From Erysipelothrix sp. (GTDB taxonomy: Bacteria; Bacillota_I; Bacilli_A; Erysipelotrichales; Erysipelotrichaceae): a DNA stretch of 64,000 nt. Position 1 is the first letter of the stretch, and the number at the start of each line of letters is the position of its first letter. The position numbers and the translations under genes are program-made. Positions 1-10,428 of the stretch are shown one piece after another. Where the stretch lies: NCBI GenBank assembly GCA_018335655.1, contig JAGXRX010000014.1, positions 110,370 through 174,369 of the forward strand, given 5' to 3'. The notes under the pieces are model-generated. The model saw only the letters and a program-made list of their open reading frames with translations. It was not told where the DNA came from and searched no databases.

Positions 1-2
1 TG

Positions 3-248
3 AAAAACAATCATTTAAGCTTTTACCTACAAGACTTTTATGTTAAGACCCTCGCGGAGAATTTGATGTTCGAAATCAAAGTTGATAACCTACATGAATT
101 TTTTGAACATATGCAAACACTAAAAGTAACCTTTCCTGAAATTAAGGTTGGTGAAATCACAACCAATAATCAAGGTTTAGAGTTTCATGTTTGGGATCCA
201 TGTGGGGTGCTTTGGGTTGTAGGTGCTGCCAACAAGTATGCTGTATAA
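3..248 (+). CDS. 3' end of a gene cut by the window edge; possibly VOC/glyoxalase-fold protein
   Basis: The frame is open from position 3 (KNNHLSFYLQDFYVKTLAENL then MFEIK...), so the listed 63..248 ORF is only the tail. The C-terminal ...EFHVWDPCGVLW... weakly resembles the DPxG strand of glyoxalase/bleomycin-resistance proteins. Confidence 0.35.
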   Translation, partial: KNNHLSFYLQDFYVKTLAENLMFEIKVDNLHEFFEHMQTLKVTFPEIKVGEITTNNQGLEFHVWDPCGVLWVVGAANKYAV

Positions 249-305
249 TCTAAGCTATTGGTCGTATTTGATAATTTAAAGTAGTTGAAAAAACCATGAC
301 GCAAG

Positions 306-785
306 TCATGGTTTTACGCTTTTATGAAGTCTTAATGTACGAGCACTAAAACCTAATTTTTCATAGAGTTGAATAGCTTCATAAAAATCGACATGAACAG
401 CTAATTCAACATCGACAATATTTTGCTTTCTCATAAGCTCTTCTACATGATTCATAAGTGCATAGGCATGGCCTTGTTTGCGAAAGTCTGGATGAGTACC
501 TAAATCATGAATATAGGCAAAGTCGCGTTCTTTCAAAGCACCTTTTTCGCTCACATGTACCCACTCAACAATGATATAAGCCATCATTGTATCGTTGTTC
601 ATACATGCAAAACCTTGCAGTGTCTCTGCAAGTAATAATCTCTTCTTAAAAGCATGTGAATACATTGTGTCACTATCTTTATATAAAAGAGGATAGTGGG
701 TTAACGCTAGTTCCCCCACTATTTTTTTTAAAGAATTTAGTTGTAGGTAAGTTATCTCATCAGATATTGGAATTATAGTTGTCAT
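306..785 (-). CDS. GNAT family N-acetyltransferase
   Basis: Acetyl-CoA binding motif A is present (HPDFRKQGHAYALMNHVEE), and the size is typical for GNAT. The ATG at 785 is preferred over the TTG at 800, but the start is uncertain. Confidence 0.8.
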   Translation of the reverse strand: MTTIIPISDEITYLQLNSLKKIVGELALTHYPLLYKDSDTMYSHAFKKRLLLAETLQGFACMNNDTMMAYIIVEWVHVSEKGALKERDFAYIHDLGTHPDFRKQGHAYALMNHVEELMRKQNIVDVELAVHVDFYEAIQLYEKLGFSARTLRLHKSVKP

Positions 786-857
786 GTAGTCAGTATACAA
801 CTAAATACCATCTAAAAGTTGACTTATGACCTTATTCGTGAGAATTGACGCAATTTC

Positions 858-2018
858 CTACATACATTGATTTAAAATCATCATTACATCATTTTCATCA
901 AGAGGGAATAAGTGTTGTGTTAAGCGGCCAAGTTTCACCGCTGATTTTGCCATGACTTCAAAGTGTGTTGAGTCAATGTTAACTTCACGAAGTGTTAATG
1001 GTGCATTTAAAGATTTAAAGAACTCAATGGTTTTATCAATAGCTTCATAAGCAATTGAGGAATCATCTTTTTTAGAGTCAATACCCCAGACATTTACACC
1101 ATATCGTACAAAGATAGGCATCATCTCATCTTCTAAGATGAATCCTAACCATACAGGCATTAATATCCCTAATCCTAAACCATGAGTTAAATCATAGTAC
1201 GCGGAGAGTTCATGCTCAATAGCATGAATTGCCCAAGGACCTGGTTTTCCAACTCCAGTCAATCCATTGAGTGCTAAGGTAGACGCCCAAGCTAAGTTTG
1301 CACGTGCTTGATAATTAGTAGGTTCTTTTAGTGCAATTGGAGCATATTTAATCACAGCTTTCATGACTGCTTCACTAATTGCATCTTGCATAAATGTATC
1401 ATTGTCTGCTTTGAAGTAATTTTCAATGGCATGTGAGAAGGCGTCAATAGCTCCTGCTGCTGTTTGATTAGCCGGAAGTGTCATCATGTAAGTAGGATCA
1501 ATAATCGATGCGAAAGGAAGTGAGTTTTGACCTCCTGTGCCTTTTTTAATATTAAGTTGAGTATTAGTAATGACTGATCCACGATTCATTTCAGAACCTG
1601 TTCCTGAAAGTGTGAGGACTGTGACTAAAGGAGTAACTTCTTTAATCTTAGAAGCATTCTCAACAAGATCCCATATTGGACCATCATAATGTGCTCCTGC
1701 TCCCATAACCTTAGCAGCGTCAATTACACTACCACCACCAACAGCTAAGATTACATCAATATGATGTTGCTTACACAAGTCTGCGCCTTTTTGAACAGTG
1801 GTATGATGAGGATTAGGCTCAACACCTGCACAGTCTATAATGTTAAAATCAGTAAGTAATGAGAGAATGGTGTCATACAATCCTGAGCGTTTTATTGAAC
1901 CTCCGCCATAGACAAGAAGCACGTTCTTTCCAAACGGTGTGAGTAAACTAGGCAAATTGTTAATTTGATCTTTACCAAAATAAATCTTTGTTGCATTATC
2001 GAACACAAAATTATCCAT
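858..2018 (-). CDS. Iron-containing (group III) alcohol dehydrogenase, butanol dehydrogenase/YqhD-like
   Basis: 386 aa with the GGGSVIDAAK nucleotide-binding motif and His-rich metal site region (AFSHAIENY, AIHAIEHELS). Confidence 0.88.
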   Translation of the reverse strand: MDNFVFDNATKIYFGKDQINNLPSLLTPFGKNVLLVYGGGSIKRSGLYDTILSLLTDFNIIDCAGVEPNPHHTTVQKGADLCKQHHIDVILAVGGGSVIDAAKVMGAGAHYDGPIWDLVENASKIKEVTPLVTVLTLSGTGSEMNRGSVITNTQLNIKKGTGGQNSLPFASIIDPTYMMTLPANQTAAGAIDAFSHAIENYFKADNDTFMQDAISEAVMKAVIKYAPIALKEPTNYQARANLAWASTLALNGLTGVGKPGPWAIHAIEHELSAYYDLTHGLGLGILMPVWLGFILEDEMMPIFVRYGVNVWGIDSKKDDSSIAYEAIDKTIEFFKSLNAPLTLREVNIDSTHFEVMAKSAVKLGRLTQHLFPLDENDVMMILNQCM

Positions 2019-2135
2019 GATGATCTCGCTTTCTTTATTGTTAAGTTATCAAATACATCTTACCACAATTTTATCGTGACATTCATTGACAAAACCTAAT
2101 GACTTCTCTACACTTGTTTTATATGAGGTGATTGT

Positions 2136-3206
2136 ATGAATAAAATTCTAATTTTAGCTTCTCTTTTATTTTTAAGTGCTTGTTCACCTTCAACTCCTTA
2201 TGTCCCACCTGTTTCTGATGATTTAGATCTTAGTGAAGTAACTTTTATTAAGGTTGATTACCAAACTGCTTTTGAACAATGGCAGACACGTAATCTAATC
2301 ATTTCAGAAAGTGTTAATGTACTACGTACTCTAACAATTAAACCTCTTAAAGTGAGTGAAGTAGATATAAATTTATCACTATGGCTTGTTTTGTATAGTG
2401 AGGATAATAGTTATCAAGTTGCGAGAGCACTTGATAATTTATATGTTAAGGATGTTAATGCTGATCAATGGTATGTAAGTGACAATACATCATTTGATAT
2501 GATTTTTGGTTGGATTTATCCTGACTATCGACTAAAACTTGATCGTTATGAAGATTTATCAATCAAAGGCGCAGTCAATGAAGAATATAAATCACTTCTA
2601 CTCAATCAAGATTTGAATAACGTTATTTCAACATTACTCAATGATTCAGCTTGGACACCTCATCTTGAGCGTTTTGATGAGTCATTGTGGTATGACGCAA
2701 TTATCACGATGGTTAGTGGGGATACACTTTTCTTACTTGAAGATGAGTTAGGTTCGCTTTTATGGGTTGTTTCTGCAGATGAAAAAGCACATGGCTATGT
2801 TTTAGAAGGGTATGTAATTTCTAAACTAATCTCTGAAATGACACCTTCATTTTTGATGCAATACTTTAACTTCATGCTTATTGAAGCTGAACTAATCCCC
2901 GATGATTATGAAGAAGATGGTTTGAGAGTTGATCTTGATGAAATCATTTCTGATGAACTTATTGAGAACACAAGAATGGATGAATGGGTGGTAGCTGTTG
3001 ATATCCCCGCAGTAGGGCTTATGGTTGATTTAATTCTTCATGATGAGGTTTATTCTTATGTGTTTGCTCCTTGGCAAGAATCTGATCTTGTCATGGTAAG
3101 AAACAATATTCTACAAACCAATGATTTCTACTTAACCCCAGTCGGACTAGGAAAAGACTTAAGGGCTCGTATTGAAACCTATCTTGATATAACTCCTAAC
3201 CCATAA
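2136..3206 (+). CDS. Lipoprotein of unknown function
   Basis: Signal peptide with lipobox (LLFLSAC), GAGGTGA RBS, acidic mature protein. I recognise no family. Confidence 0.6.
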   Translation: MNKILILASLLFLSACSPSTPYVPPVSDDLDLSEVTFIKVDYQTAFEQWQTRNLIISESVNVLRTLTIKPLKVSEVDINLSLWLVLYSEDNSYQVARALDNLYVKDVNADQWYVSDNTSFDMIFGWIYPDYRLKLDRYEDLSIKGAVNEEYKSLLLNQDLNNVISTLLNDSAWTPHLERFDESLWYDAIITMVSGDTLFLLEDELGSLLWVVSADEKAHGYVLEGYVISKLISEMTPSFLMQYFNFMLIEAELIPDDYEEDGLRVDLDEIISDELIENTRMDEWVVAVDIPAVGLMVDLILHDEVYSYVFAPWQESDLVMVRNNILQTNDFYLTPVGLGKDLRARIETYLDITPNP

Positions 3207-3296
3207 AAATACTTAATTTAGAGTCAATTATTTGACTCTTTTATTTGATTCTTCTTTTCATTTATGATACAGTGTGTCGCAAGTGAGGTTTTTCAA

Positions 3297-3818
3297 ATGT
3301 CCCTATTTCATACACATCCTTTATTTCAAACATTCCTCGAAGAAAATGATGCGATTATTCAAACAGCAACTTTCCAAGAGCTACATAAATTTCACCAACA
3401 TCTACATACCTCACGTTTTGACCATAGTCTTAATGTTGCTTTTTTAGTTTTTCTAAAAACAAGAAATTCACCAATATACAAAGATGCTATGATTGGTGCA
3501 CTTTGTCATGATCTATTTATCTATAATCACTATGAAACATGTGAGTCAAAATGGAAGCATTTATTTGAACATCCTAAAGCTGCCCTTAACACCACAAAAT
3601 CTGTATATGAACTTTCTTCAATCAGTGAAAATATGATTTTGTCTCACATGTGGCCTTTATCATCAGTTGCACCAAAATCAAAAAGTGCGTGGTGGTTAGT
3701 GATGATGGACAAAATCGCTTCATTATATGAAATCTACACTCAAATTAATATTCGCTCATTACAATTCAGACCTCTTTTAGCACTTTTTGGTGTTGCGGTA
3801 CTCGTCCATCAGTTATAA
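3297..3818 (+). CDS. HD-domain phosphohydrolase family protein
   Basis: H...HD metal motif (FDHSLNVAF ... CHDLF) and a hydrophobic C-terminal tail. The start is moved to the ATG at 3297, which sits behind a GTGAGG RBS. Confidence 0.65.
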   Translation: MSLFHTHPLFQTFLEENDAIIQTATFQELHKFHQHLHTSRFDHSLNVAFLVFLKTRNSPIYKDAMIGALCHDLFIYNHYETCESKWKHLFEHPKAALNTTKSVYELSSISENMILSHMWPLSSVAPKSKSAWWLVMMDKIASLYEIYTQINIRSLQFRPLLALFGVAVLVHQL

Positions 3819-3837
3819 TAGTCTTACGAGGTAATCA

Positions 3838-4995
3838 ATGAAAAATTCTTTAATAAAACATAAACTGTGGCGTGGAAAGATTATTACGAAAGTTGTTCCA
3901 CTCCTAAAAACAAAAGAACATTTATCAATTGCATATTCACCCGGTGTTGCTGAGCCAGTTTTAGAAATTGCTAGAGACAAATCATTAGCATATGATTATA
4001 CATGGAAAGGCCATACTATTGCCGTTGTAAGCGATGGTTCGGCCATTTTAGGTTTAGGAAATTTAGGTGCAGAAGCATCACTTCCAGTGATGGAAGGGAA
4101 GGCAGCATTATTTAAAGTCTTTGGTGGAGTCGATGCTATTCCTATCGTGTTAGATACTCAAGATACTGAAGAGATTATCATGATTGTTAAGGCAATAGCA
4201 CCAGGATTTGGTGGTATTAATCTTGAGGATATTTCAGCACCACGATGTGTTGAAATTGAGAGAAGACTACAAGCTGAACTTGATATTCCAGTATTTCATG
4301 ATGATCAACATGGTACCGCAATTGTGGTATGTGCTGCACTCATTAATGGGTGTCGCCTAAGTGGTAAGAAACTAAGTGAACTTAAAGTTGTTGTGAATGG
4401 TGCAGGAGCTGCAGGAAGTTCAATTATTAAAATGATTCATGGATTAGGTGTAAATGATATCCAAGCCTTCAAACGTGATGGTATCATCCATAATAGTAAA
4501 CTTAATAAATATGACTTCTTAACGAAGGAACTATGTGAAGTTGTTAATCCAAATCAGCTATTATTAACATTAGAAGAAGCTTTTGTTGGTGCTGATGTAT
4601 TTATTGGGGTTTCCGTTGCAGATTGTGTTACACAAGCTATGGTTGCTTCAATGAATGATGATGCTATGGTCTTTGCCTTAGCAAACCCAAATCCTGAAAT
4701 ACCGTATGACTTAGCTAAAAAAGCTGGAGCACGTATGGTAGGAACAGGTCGTAGTGACTATCCAAACCAAATCAATAATGTTCTAGCATTCCCAGGACTA
4801 TTCAAAGGTGCATTAAATGTAAGAGCAAAAGCCATCACTGAATCAATGAAGATTGCGGCAGCTCATGGCATTGCATCATGTATAAGTGATGACGAACTCA
4901 ATGATGAGTATCTTGTACCATCTCCTTTTGATCCAAGAGTAGCGATTGCGGTAGCAAGTGCTGTAGAAGATGAAGTTAATAATCAAAAAAAGTAA
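3838..4995 (+). CDS. maeA: NAD(P)-dependent malic enzyme (short bacterial type)
   Basis: 385 aa with conserved malic-enzyme blocks: YSPGVAEP, VVSDGSAILGLGNLG, FGGINLEDI, VFHDDQHGTA, GAGAAG, ANPNPEI. Confidence 0.9.
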   Translation: MKNSLIKHKLWRGKIITKVVPLLKTKEHLSIAYSPGVAEPVLEIARDKSLAYDYTWKGHTIAVVSDGSAILGLGNLGAEASLPVMEGKAALFKVFGGVDAIPIVLDTQDTEEIIMIVKAIAPGFGGINLEDISAPRCVEIERRLQAELDIPVFHDDQHGTAIVVCAALINGCRLSGKKLSELKVVVNGAGAAGSSIIKMIHGLGVNDIQAFKRDGIIHNSKLNKYDFLTKELCEVVNPNQLLLTLEEAFVGADVFIGVSVADCVTQAMVASMNDDAMVFALANPNPEIPYDLAKKAGARMVGTGRSDYPNQINNVLAFPGLFKGALNVRAKAITESMKIAAAHGIASCISDDELNDEYLVPSPFDPRVAIAVASAVEDEVNNQKK

Positions 4996-5002
4996 TCGAC
5001 AA

Positions 5003-5041
5003 TAAAAATGGATAAGCATGATATGTGCTTATCCATTTTTT
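5003..5041. terminator. Bidirectional intrinsic terminator between convergent genes
   Basis: ATGGATAAGCA / TGCTTATCCAT stem (5008-5035), flanked by an A-run on one side and a T-run on the other. Confidence 0.8.
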
Positions 5042-5050
5042 GTTCTCTAT

Positions 5051-5959
5051 TTAATCTTCTAAGAACTTTAGACTACATTGTTGGTTGCTTAAATCCCAAA
5101 GTCCTTTTTGTAAAGAAGCATCATGAGCAAGTGATTTCATTTTAATATTTGTGGTTACTTCATTCTTTTTACCAGACTTAGGACCATAAAACATATCCGG
5201 TAAAGCATTTGGATCAAGACAAGCAACAATTAAGGGATAAGATCCTTGCTTAGCACTTGCTGCAAATAAACCAAAAATAGGTTTGATAAATCTCATCCAT
5301 GAAGCAGTTTCTACTTTATCAAAGAGGGATGTCATTGCAACTCCAGGGTGAGCACTAAGTGCAAGAAGTTGGTGAGAATCATTTTTCATTCTTTTATTTA
5401 ATTCATGAGTAAATAACAAGTTTGCCAATTTACTTTGAGCATATGCTTTAAATGATTGATAGGAGCGTGAAGTATAGTGAGGATCATTAAGATCTATGGT
5501 TGCTTGCATGTGAGCCATAGAAGAAACATTAATGATTCTAGCATGATCATTAAGATGACTATAAAGAAGGGCAGTAAGTCTAAAATGTCCTAAATGATTT
5601 ACACCAAACTGTGATTCAAAGTTGTCTTTAGTTAATGCATAAGGAACTGCCATAATTCCTGCATTGTTTAAGAGTATATCAATAGGCGGAAATGACTCTT
5701 TCACAACAGATGCAAAAGCATCAATGCTTTTTGAATTTGAGAGATCACATTCTAAAAAATGAATGGAAGCATTAGGAACTATTTCTAGGATCTTTGATTT
5801 TGCTTGTTCGCCACGTTGCATTGAGCGTACACCTGCAATCACAGTTGCATTTCTAGATGCAAAGAAAAGAGCAGCCTCATATCCTAAACCAGCATTTGCT
5901 CCTGTAATAAGAATAATCTTATGACTTAAATCTAAGGATTCATATTCAGAAAACTTCAT
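5051..5959 (-). CDS. Short-chain dehydrogenase/reductase (SDR), retinol-dehydrogenase-like
   Basis: TGANAGLGYE Rossmann motif, NNAG, and a YxxxK catalytic motif (YAQSK). The start is moved to the ATG at 5959, preceded by GGAGG; the longer ORF to 6031 has no RBS. Confidence 0.88.
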   Translation of the reverse strand: MKFSEYESLDLSHKIILITGANAGLGYEAALFFASRNATVIAGVRSMQRGEQAKSKILEIVPNASIHFLECDLSNSKSIDAFASVVKESFPPIDILLNNAGIMAVPYALTKDNFESQFGVNHLGHFRLTALLYSHLNDHARIINVSSMAHMQATIDLNDPHYTSRSYQSFKAYAQSKLANLLFTHELNKRMKNDSHQLLALSAHPGVAMTSLFDKVETASWMRFIKPIFGLFAASAKQGSYPLIVACLDPNALPDMFYGPKSGKKNEVTTNIKMKSLAHDASLQKGLWDLSNQQCSLKFLED

Positions 5960-6013
5960 AAAATGCCTCCATTGTGTTACGATTATGCCATTCAATATCA
6001 AGAGGAGTATATC

Positions 6014-6769
6014 ATGAATAGCACAATTCAAACCTTATTAAACCATAAAACAATACGCTCGTATCAATCAACGCCCATTCCTAATGAAGTTCTTAATACT
6101 TTGCTTGAAGTAGCGACGAGAACAGCTACTTCAAGTGGTATGCAACAAGCTTCAATCATTCATGTTAAGAATCAAGAGAAGAAAGAAATTATTGCGAAAG
6201 TATGTAAACAAGATTATGTCGCGAAAGCACCAGTCTTACTTATTTTTATAGTGGATCAGCATCGCAATCATCATATTGCCTTAGAAGTTTCACAAAAAGC
6301 AGAGCAAACCCATGATGTTGATCGCTTCTTTCAAGGGTTCACAGATGCAAGCTTAATGGCACAAAGCGTTGTGACTGCTGCTGAGTCTTTAGGATTAGGG
6401 ACAACATACTTAGGAGCAATCCACAATGATGATGAGACTGTCATTAAAACGTTGAATCTACCCAATCTAACTTATCCTGTTGTTGGACTACTTATAGGAT
6501 ATGCAGATGTACAACCCACATTAAAACCACGACTTGATATTTCAATGCGTGTCTTCGAAGATGAATATGTGTCCCATAAGGAATATATGCCCCACATTAA
6601 ATCAATGGATGAAGCCATGATGAATTATGTAGACACAAGAAATCCAGGGAGAACTATGCCTCCATTTAGTCAACAAGTGAGTGATCGCATGAACTATGCC
6701 AACCCTTTAAGATTAAAAATGGGACAAATTATTCAAAAACAAGGTTTCTCCTTTAATATCGAAGAATAA
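6014..6769 (+). CDS. Oxygen-insensitive NAD(P)H nitroreductase family protein (NfsA/NfrA-like)
   Basis: The N-terminus LLNHKTIRSY is typical of the nitroreductase family. ATG at 6014 behind an AGAGGAG RBS. Confidence 0.8.
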   Translation: MNSTIQTLLNHKTIRSYQSTPIPNEVLNTLLEVATRTATSSGMQQASIIHVKNQEKKEIIAKVCKQDYVAKAPVLLIFIVDQHRNHHIALEVSQKAEQTHDVDRFFQGFTDASLMAQSVVTAAESLGLGTTYLGAIHNDDETVIKTLNLPNLTYPVVGLLIGYADVQPTLKPRLDISMRVFEDEYVSHKEYMPHIKSMDEAMMNYVDTRNPGRTMPPFSQQVSDRMNYANPLRLKMGQIIQKQGFSFNIEE

Positions 6770-6771
6770 AA

Positions 6772-6797
6772 AAACATCTTGATTTCTCAAGATGTTT
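6772..6797. terminator. Bidirectional intrinsic terminator
   Basis: AAACATCTTGA tttc TCAAGATGTTT hairpin between convergent genes, with A-run/T-run flanks. Confidence 0.7.
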
Positions 6798-7152
6798 ATT
6801 CGTCTTTATCAAACACAAATATTATTTTATTTTCTACAAGCACATCTAGTGATATAAGATTTTGCTCAATGATCTCTTTGATACCAAATGATTTATAATC
6901 TGTGGTTCTTACAAATGAAATATTTCCGGATTTTAGGCAAGGAAGAGCATATACTACTCCATCTACTTCATGAATTTCTTCAATCACTTGGGCACACATT
7001 ACATCACCTTGAATGGTTTCATCATAAATAAAGAAATTATCAATCACAAGATATGGTGGGGCAAGTCTTGAAGTATCATTATTTTCTTTTGCCTGTCCAA
7101 CACATCCACTAATTATAAATAACATACTGACTAAGAGTAGTAATTTTCTCAT
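6796..7152 (-). CDS. Small lipoprotein of unknown function
   Basis: MRKLLLLVSMLFIISGC lipobox. ATG at 7152 preceded by AGGAGG. Confidence 0.6.
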   Translation of the reverse strand: MRKLLLLVSMLFIISGCVGQAKENNDTSRLAPPYLVIDNFFIYDETIQGDVMCAQVIEEIHEVDGVVYALPCLKSGNISFVRTTDYKSFGIKEIIEQNLISLDVLVENKIIFVFDKDE

Positions 7153-7305
7153 AATAACCTCCTTTGAGTTAATCCTAGTATATATGTTTAAAATACTCAT
7201 TGTGTTATATTGTGATAAGTTACATGGTTTTTAACATATTAAGCGTATTTTGATGTTTGTACATCATCATTGGAAAATTGGAGTATAATAACTTTTGAGG
7301 TACCT

Positions 7306-9144
7306 ATGGCAACGTCGTTAAAACACAAAATAGTTCGAGTAATAATTTCATTGATACTTATCCTAATTGCTTCATGGTTATCCATGGAAGGACAGAATCC
7401 AGTAACACTAACATTATGGTTTCTGGCTTTTGTGATTGGTGGATATGATAAAGCTATTGAAGGTTGGACGGAAACGATTAAGAATAAATCGCTTAATGTT
7501 GAGTTTCTTATGATTCTGGCAGCTACTGCTGCTTTTATAACGCAAGATTTCGCAGAAGGTTCAATCCTAATATTTATCTTTGCAACTTCTGGAGTTTTAG
7601 AAGAATATGCAAAATCAAAAAGTGAGAAGGCGTTTAAGGCACTATTAGAACTTTCTCCTCAAAAGGCAATTAAACTTGTGAATGGTCAAGAAATAGAAGT
7701 TGATATTTCTGATTTAAACATTGATGATCGTGTCATCGTTAAGGTTGGACAACAGGTACCCGTTGATGGGGTGATTGTTCAAGGAACTTCTACCTTAAAT
7801 GAAGCTGTGATTACTGGAGAATATTTGCCAGTGACTAAAACAACTTCTGATAAAGTTTATGCAGGTTCCATTAATGTTGAGTCTATTATTGAAGTTTTAG
7901 TTACAATTGATCCAAGTCAATCAGTTGTTAATAAGATTGTTGAGTTTGTGAAGGAAGCTCAAACTAAAAAGACAAAATCAGAAACATTTATTGATCATTT
8001 CGAAAGTATATATGTTTATGTAGTGCTTTTCATTAGTGGAGCATTCATGATCCTTCCACCACTATTTGGATGGTTACCGTGGGGTGATGCATTCTATCGT
8101 GGTGTTATCGTACTTGTGGTTGGATCACCATGTGCTGTAGTTGCATCCATTACACCAGCTATTCTCTCTTCACTCTCTAATGCAGCATCAAAAGGTATTT
8201 TGATTAAAGGTGGAGAATCTCTTGAAACCCTTAATGGTATTAAAGTAGTGATGTTTGATAAAACAGGAACCATCACTAAAGGTGAACCAATGGTTGAACA
8301 CATTGTTTATCAAAATAATGCTGATCAAGCATGGATTAATCAAGTAATGGTTAGTATGGAACGTCAGTCATCCCATCCACTTGCGAAAGCAATTGTAAGA
8401 CATTTCAAAGATATTGAAAGTATAGAACTTGTTACTAAAGAAGAAGCAGGATATGGATTAATCACTCAATTGGATGATGATACGATTCATATGGGACGAT
8501 TTGAAGGAAATGAAACTTGTGAATTTCAAGATATAAATGATTCAAGTGTCGTCAATTTAGTCATTAATCAGTTATGTGTTGCGAAGGTATTTTTAAAAGA
8601 TCAACTCCGTGATGGCACAAAAGAGACGATGCAATCACTTAAATCATTAGGACTTGTACCAGTACTTGTAAGTGGAGATCGTCAAGAAAGCGTTGAATCC
8701 ATGGCGACATTAGCTGGTATTGACCACGTTCATTATGAGTGTTTACCTCAAGATAAAGTTGCCCTTATAGAAAAGTATAAAGCTGATTTTGGACCTGTAA
8801 TGATGGTAGGGGATGGAATCAATGATGCCCCTAGTTTAGCACTTGCAAGTATTGGGGTTGCAATGGGGAGTGCAACAGATGTTTCACTAGAAACAGCAGA
8901 CATAGTATTGACACAAAACTCACTCAATGCCATCCTAAAACTCAAAGATTTAGCAAAACGTATGCGTAGTATTATTAATCAAAATCTAGCATTTTCAGTA
9001 CTAGTTATCGCAACTTTAATGGTAAGTAATGTATTTGGTTTGATTGCTTTGCCTGAAGGGGTTGTAGCACATGAATTAAGTACCATCATTGTCATTATCA
9101 ATAGTTTAAGATTACTAAGAGTAAACCTAGCATCTTCATCATGA
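7306..9144 (+). CDS. P1B-type heavy-metal translocating ATPase, SPC-motif (P1B-4, Co/Zn/Cd-like) subtype
   Basis: DKTGT phosphorylation site, GDGINDAP hinge, and a transmembrane SPC motif (VGSPCAVV). There is no N-terminal CxxC metal-binding domain. A late TM carries HELST. Confidence 0.88.
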   Translation: MATSLKHKIVRVIISLILILIASWLSMEGQNPVTLTLWFLAFVIGGYDKAIEGWTETIKNKSLNVEFLMILAATAAFITQDFAEGSILIFIFATSGVLEEYAKSKSEKAFKALLELSPQKAIKLVNGQEIEVDISDLNIDDRVIVKVGQQVPVDGVIVQGTSTLNEAVITGEYLPVTKTTSDKVYAGSINVESIIEVLVTIDPSQSVVNKIVEFVKEAQTKKTKSETFIDHFESIYVYVVLFISGAFMILPPLFGWLPWGDAFYRGVIVLVVGSPCAVVASITPAILSSLSNAASKGILIKGGESLETLNGIKVVMFDKTGTITKGEPMVEHIVYQNNADQAWINQVMVSMERQSSHPLAKAIVRHFKDIESIELVTKEEAGYGLITQLDDDTIHMGRFEGNETCEFQDINDSSVVNLVINQLCVAKVFLKDQLRDGTKETMQSLKSLGLVPVLVSGDRQESVESMATLAGIDHVHYECLPQDKVALIEKYKADFGPVMMVGDGINDAPSLALASIGVAMGSATDVSLETADIVLTQNSLNAILKLKDLAKRMRSIINQNLAFSVLVIATLMVSNVFGLIALPEGVVAHELSTIIVIINSLRLLRVNLASSS

Positions 9145-9222
9145 AGATGCTTTCTTCTACGCTTTTGTGATATTTCTAACAAAGTAGTTGTTAATTGTAG
9201 TAAAAGTCGTTATGATTGAAAT

Positions 9223-10404
9223 ATGTTAAGATTCAATAAAGCAATTGAAGAACTTTTAAATACTTTTCATGACCACGGTCATGAAGCTTTTGTGGTAGGT
9301 GGATGTGTTCGTGACACCTTACTTTCACGCTCAACTCAAGATATAGATATAAGTACTTCCGCAAGTATGAATGATGTTAAAGAGATTTTTAAGGATCAAG
9401 TGATTTCTGATTCTGGCATTGAGTATCAATCAATTACCCTTAATTTTAGTGATCAAGTATTTCAAGTTACATCATATCGACAAGATGTCGAATATACATT
9501 TCATCGCTTTCCAAAGACTAAGAAAGTGATCTCTTATCAAGAAGATGTATGGCGTAGAGACTTCACAATGAACGGATTATTTTGGAATCCACAAAAAGGA
9601 CTTGTTGATCTTGTGAATGGTCTGGATGCTATCGAAAAGAAGCAAATAAAAACGATTGATGATCCTTTAGTTCGTTTTGAAGAAGATGCACTTCGTATTT
9701 TAAGAGCAGTTCGCTTTGCGTGTGAACTTGATTTTGATATTGAAGAAAACACATATCACGCAATGTTTGAAAAATCAATGTTGATTAAATCTTTATCCCG
9801 TGAGCGTATCACCCAGGAAATGATAAGAGCATTTAAAGGGATCGCCTTTAAGAAACATTTAAAGACCATTAGACTTCTTTTTAGTACTGAATTTGAATTT
9901 GATTATTATTATGAAGATTTTAATTTGTTGCCAACAACCCATCCATTAATATCATTTCTACTAACTTTTAAATCAAAAACAATACCATTTAGTGACACAC
10001 TTAGTTATTTCTCCTTTAGTAAGAAAGAAAAAGAACTACTACTTTTAATGAATGAAAATGCATTTCATTGTCCAACCACAGATAAAACTCATATTAAGCG
10101 CATGTTGCAACGATGTAGCTTAGATGCCTTTGGAGGGATATGCCAACTTCATCAATCCATTGGAAATATCAATGAATCAACATTTCAAGAAATCATGCAA
10201 CAAGTTCAATCCATACATCTTAATGAAGAGCCCTATACTTTGGCTCACCTAAAGATAAAAGGCGATGAATGTGTTAGAAGAAAAATGGAACTTACGCAGA
10301 TCTCTTCATTTCTGAAATCATGTTTAGAGGATGTTATAGAGAGTCCTCAATTGAACACATTTGAATACTTAAGTGATAAACTTGATGAGTGGTTAAAAAA
10401 GTAA
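9223..10404 (+). CDS. cca: CCA-adding tRNA nucleotidyltransferase
   Basis: GGCVRD and DIDI catalytic motifs, RRDFTMN, and the ED...R.LRA..F block. Confidence 0.88.
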   Translation: MLRFNKAIEELLNTFHDHGHEAFVVGGCVRDTLLSRSTQDIDISTSASMNDVKEIFKDQVISDSGIEYQSITLNFSDQVFQVTSYRQDVEYTFHRFPKTKKVISYQEDVWRRDFTMNGLFWNPQKGLVDLVNGLDAIEKKQIKTIDDPLVRFEEDALRILRAVRFACELDFDIEENTYHAMFEKSMLIKSLSRERITQEMIRAFKGIAFKKHLKTIRLLFSTEFEFDYYYEDFNLLPTTHPLISFLLTFKSKTIPFSDTLSYFSFSKKEKELLLLMNENAFHCPTTDKTHIKRMLQRCSLDAFGGICQLHQSIGNINESTFQEIMQQVQSIHLNEEPYTLAHLKIKGDECVRRKMELTQISSFLKSCLEDVIESPQLNTFEYLSDKLDEWLKK

Positions 10405-10428
10405 ACCTAGGATTTAAACCTAGGTTTT
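10403..10428. terminator. Bidirectional intrinsic terminator
   Basis: AAACCTAGG ... CCTAGGTTT hairpin between convergent cca and the EAL gene. Confidence 0.65.

Noticed and set aside
8094-9182. Three minus-strand ORFs (8094-8303, 8748-8945, 8979-9182) inside or overlapping the P-type ATPase gene
   Set aside because: They are antisense to a long gene with clear conserved motifs. They have no RBS, and their composition (Ser/Thr/Pro/Ile-rich) is typical of antisense translation.
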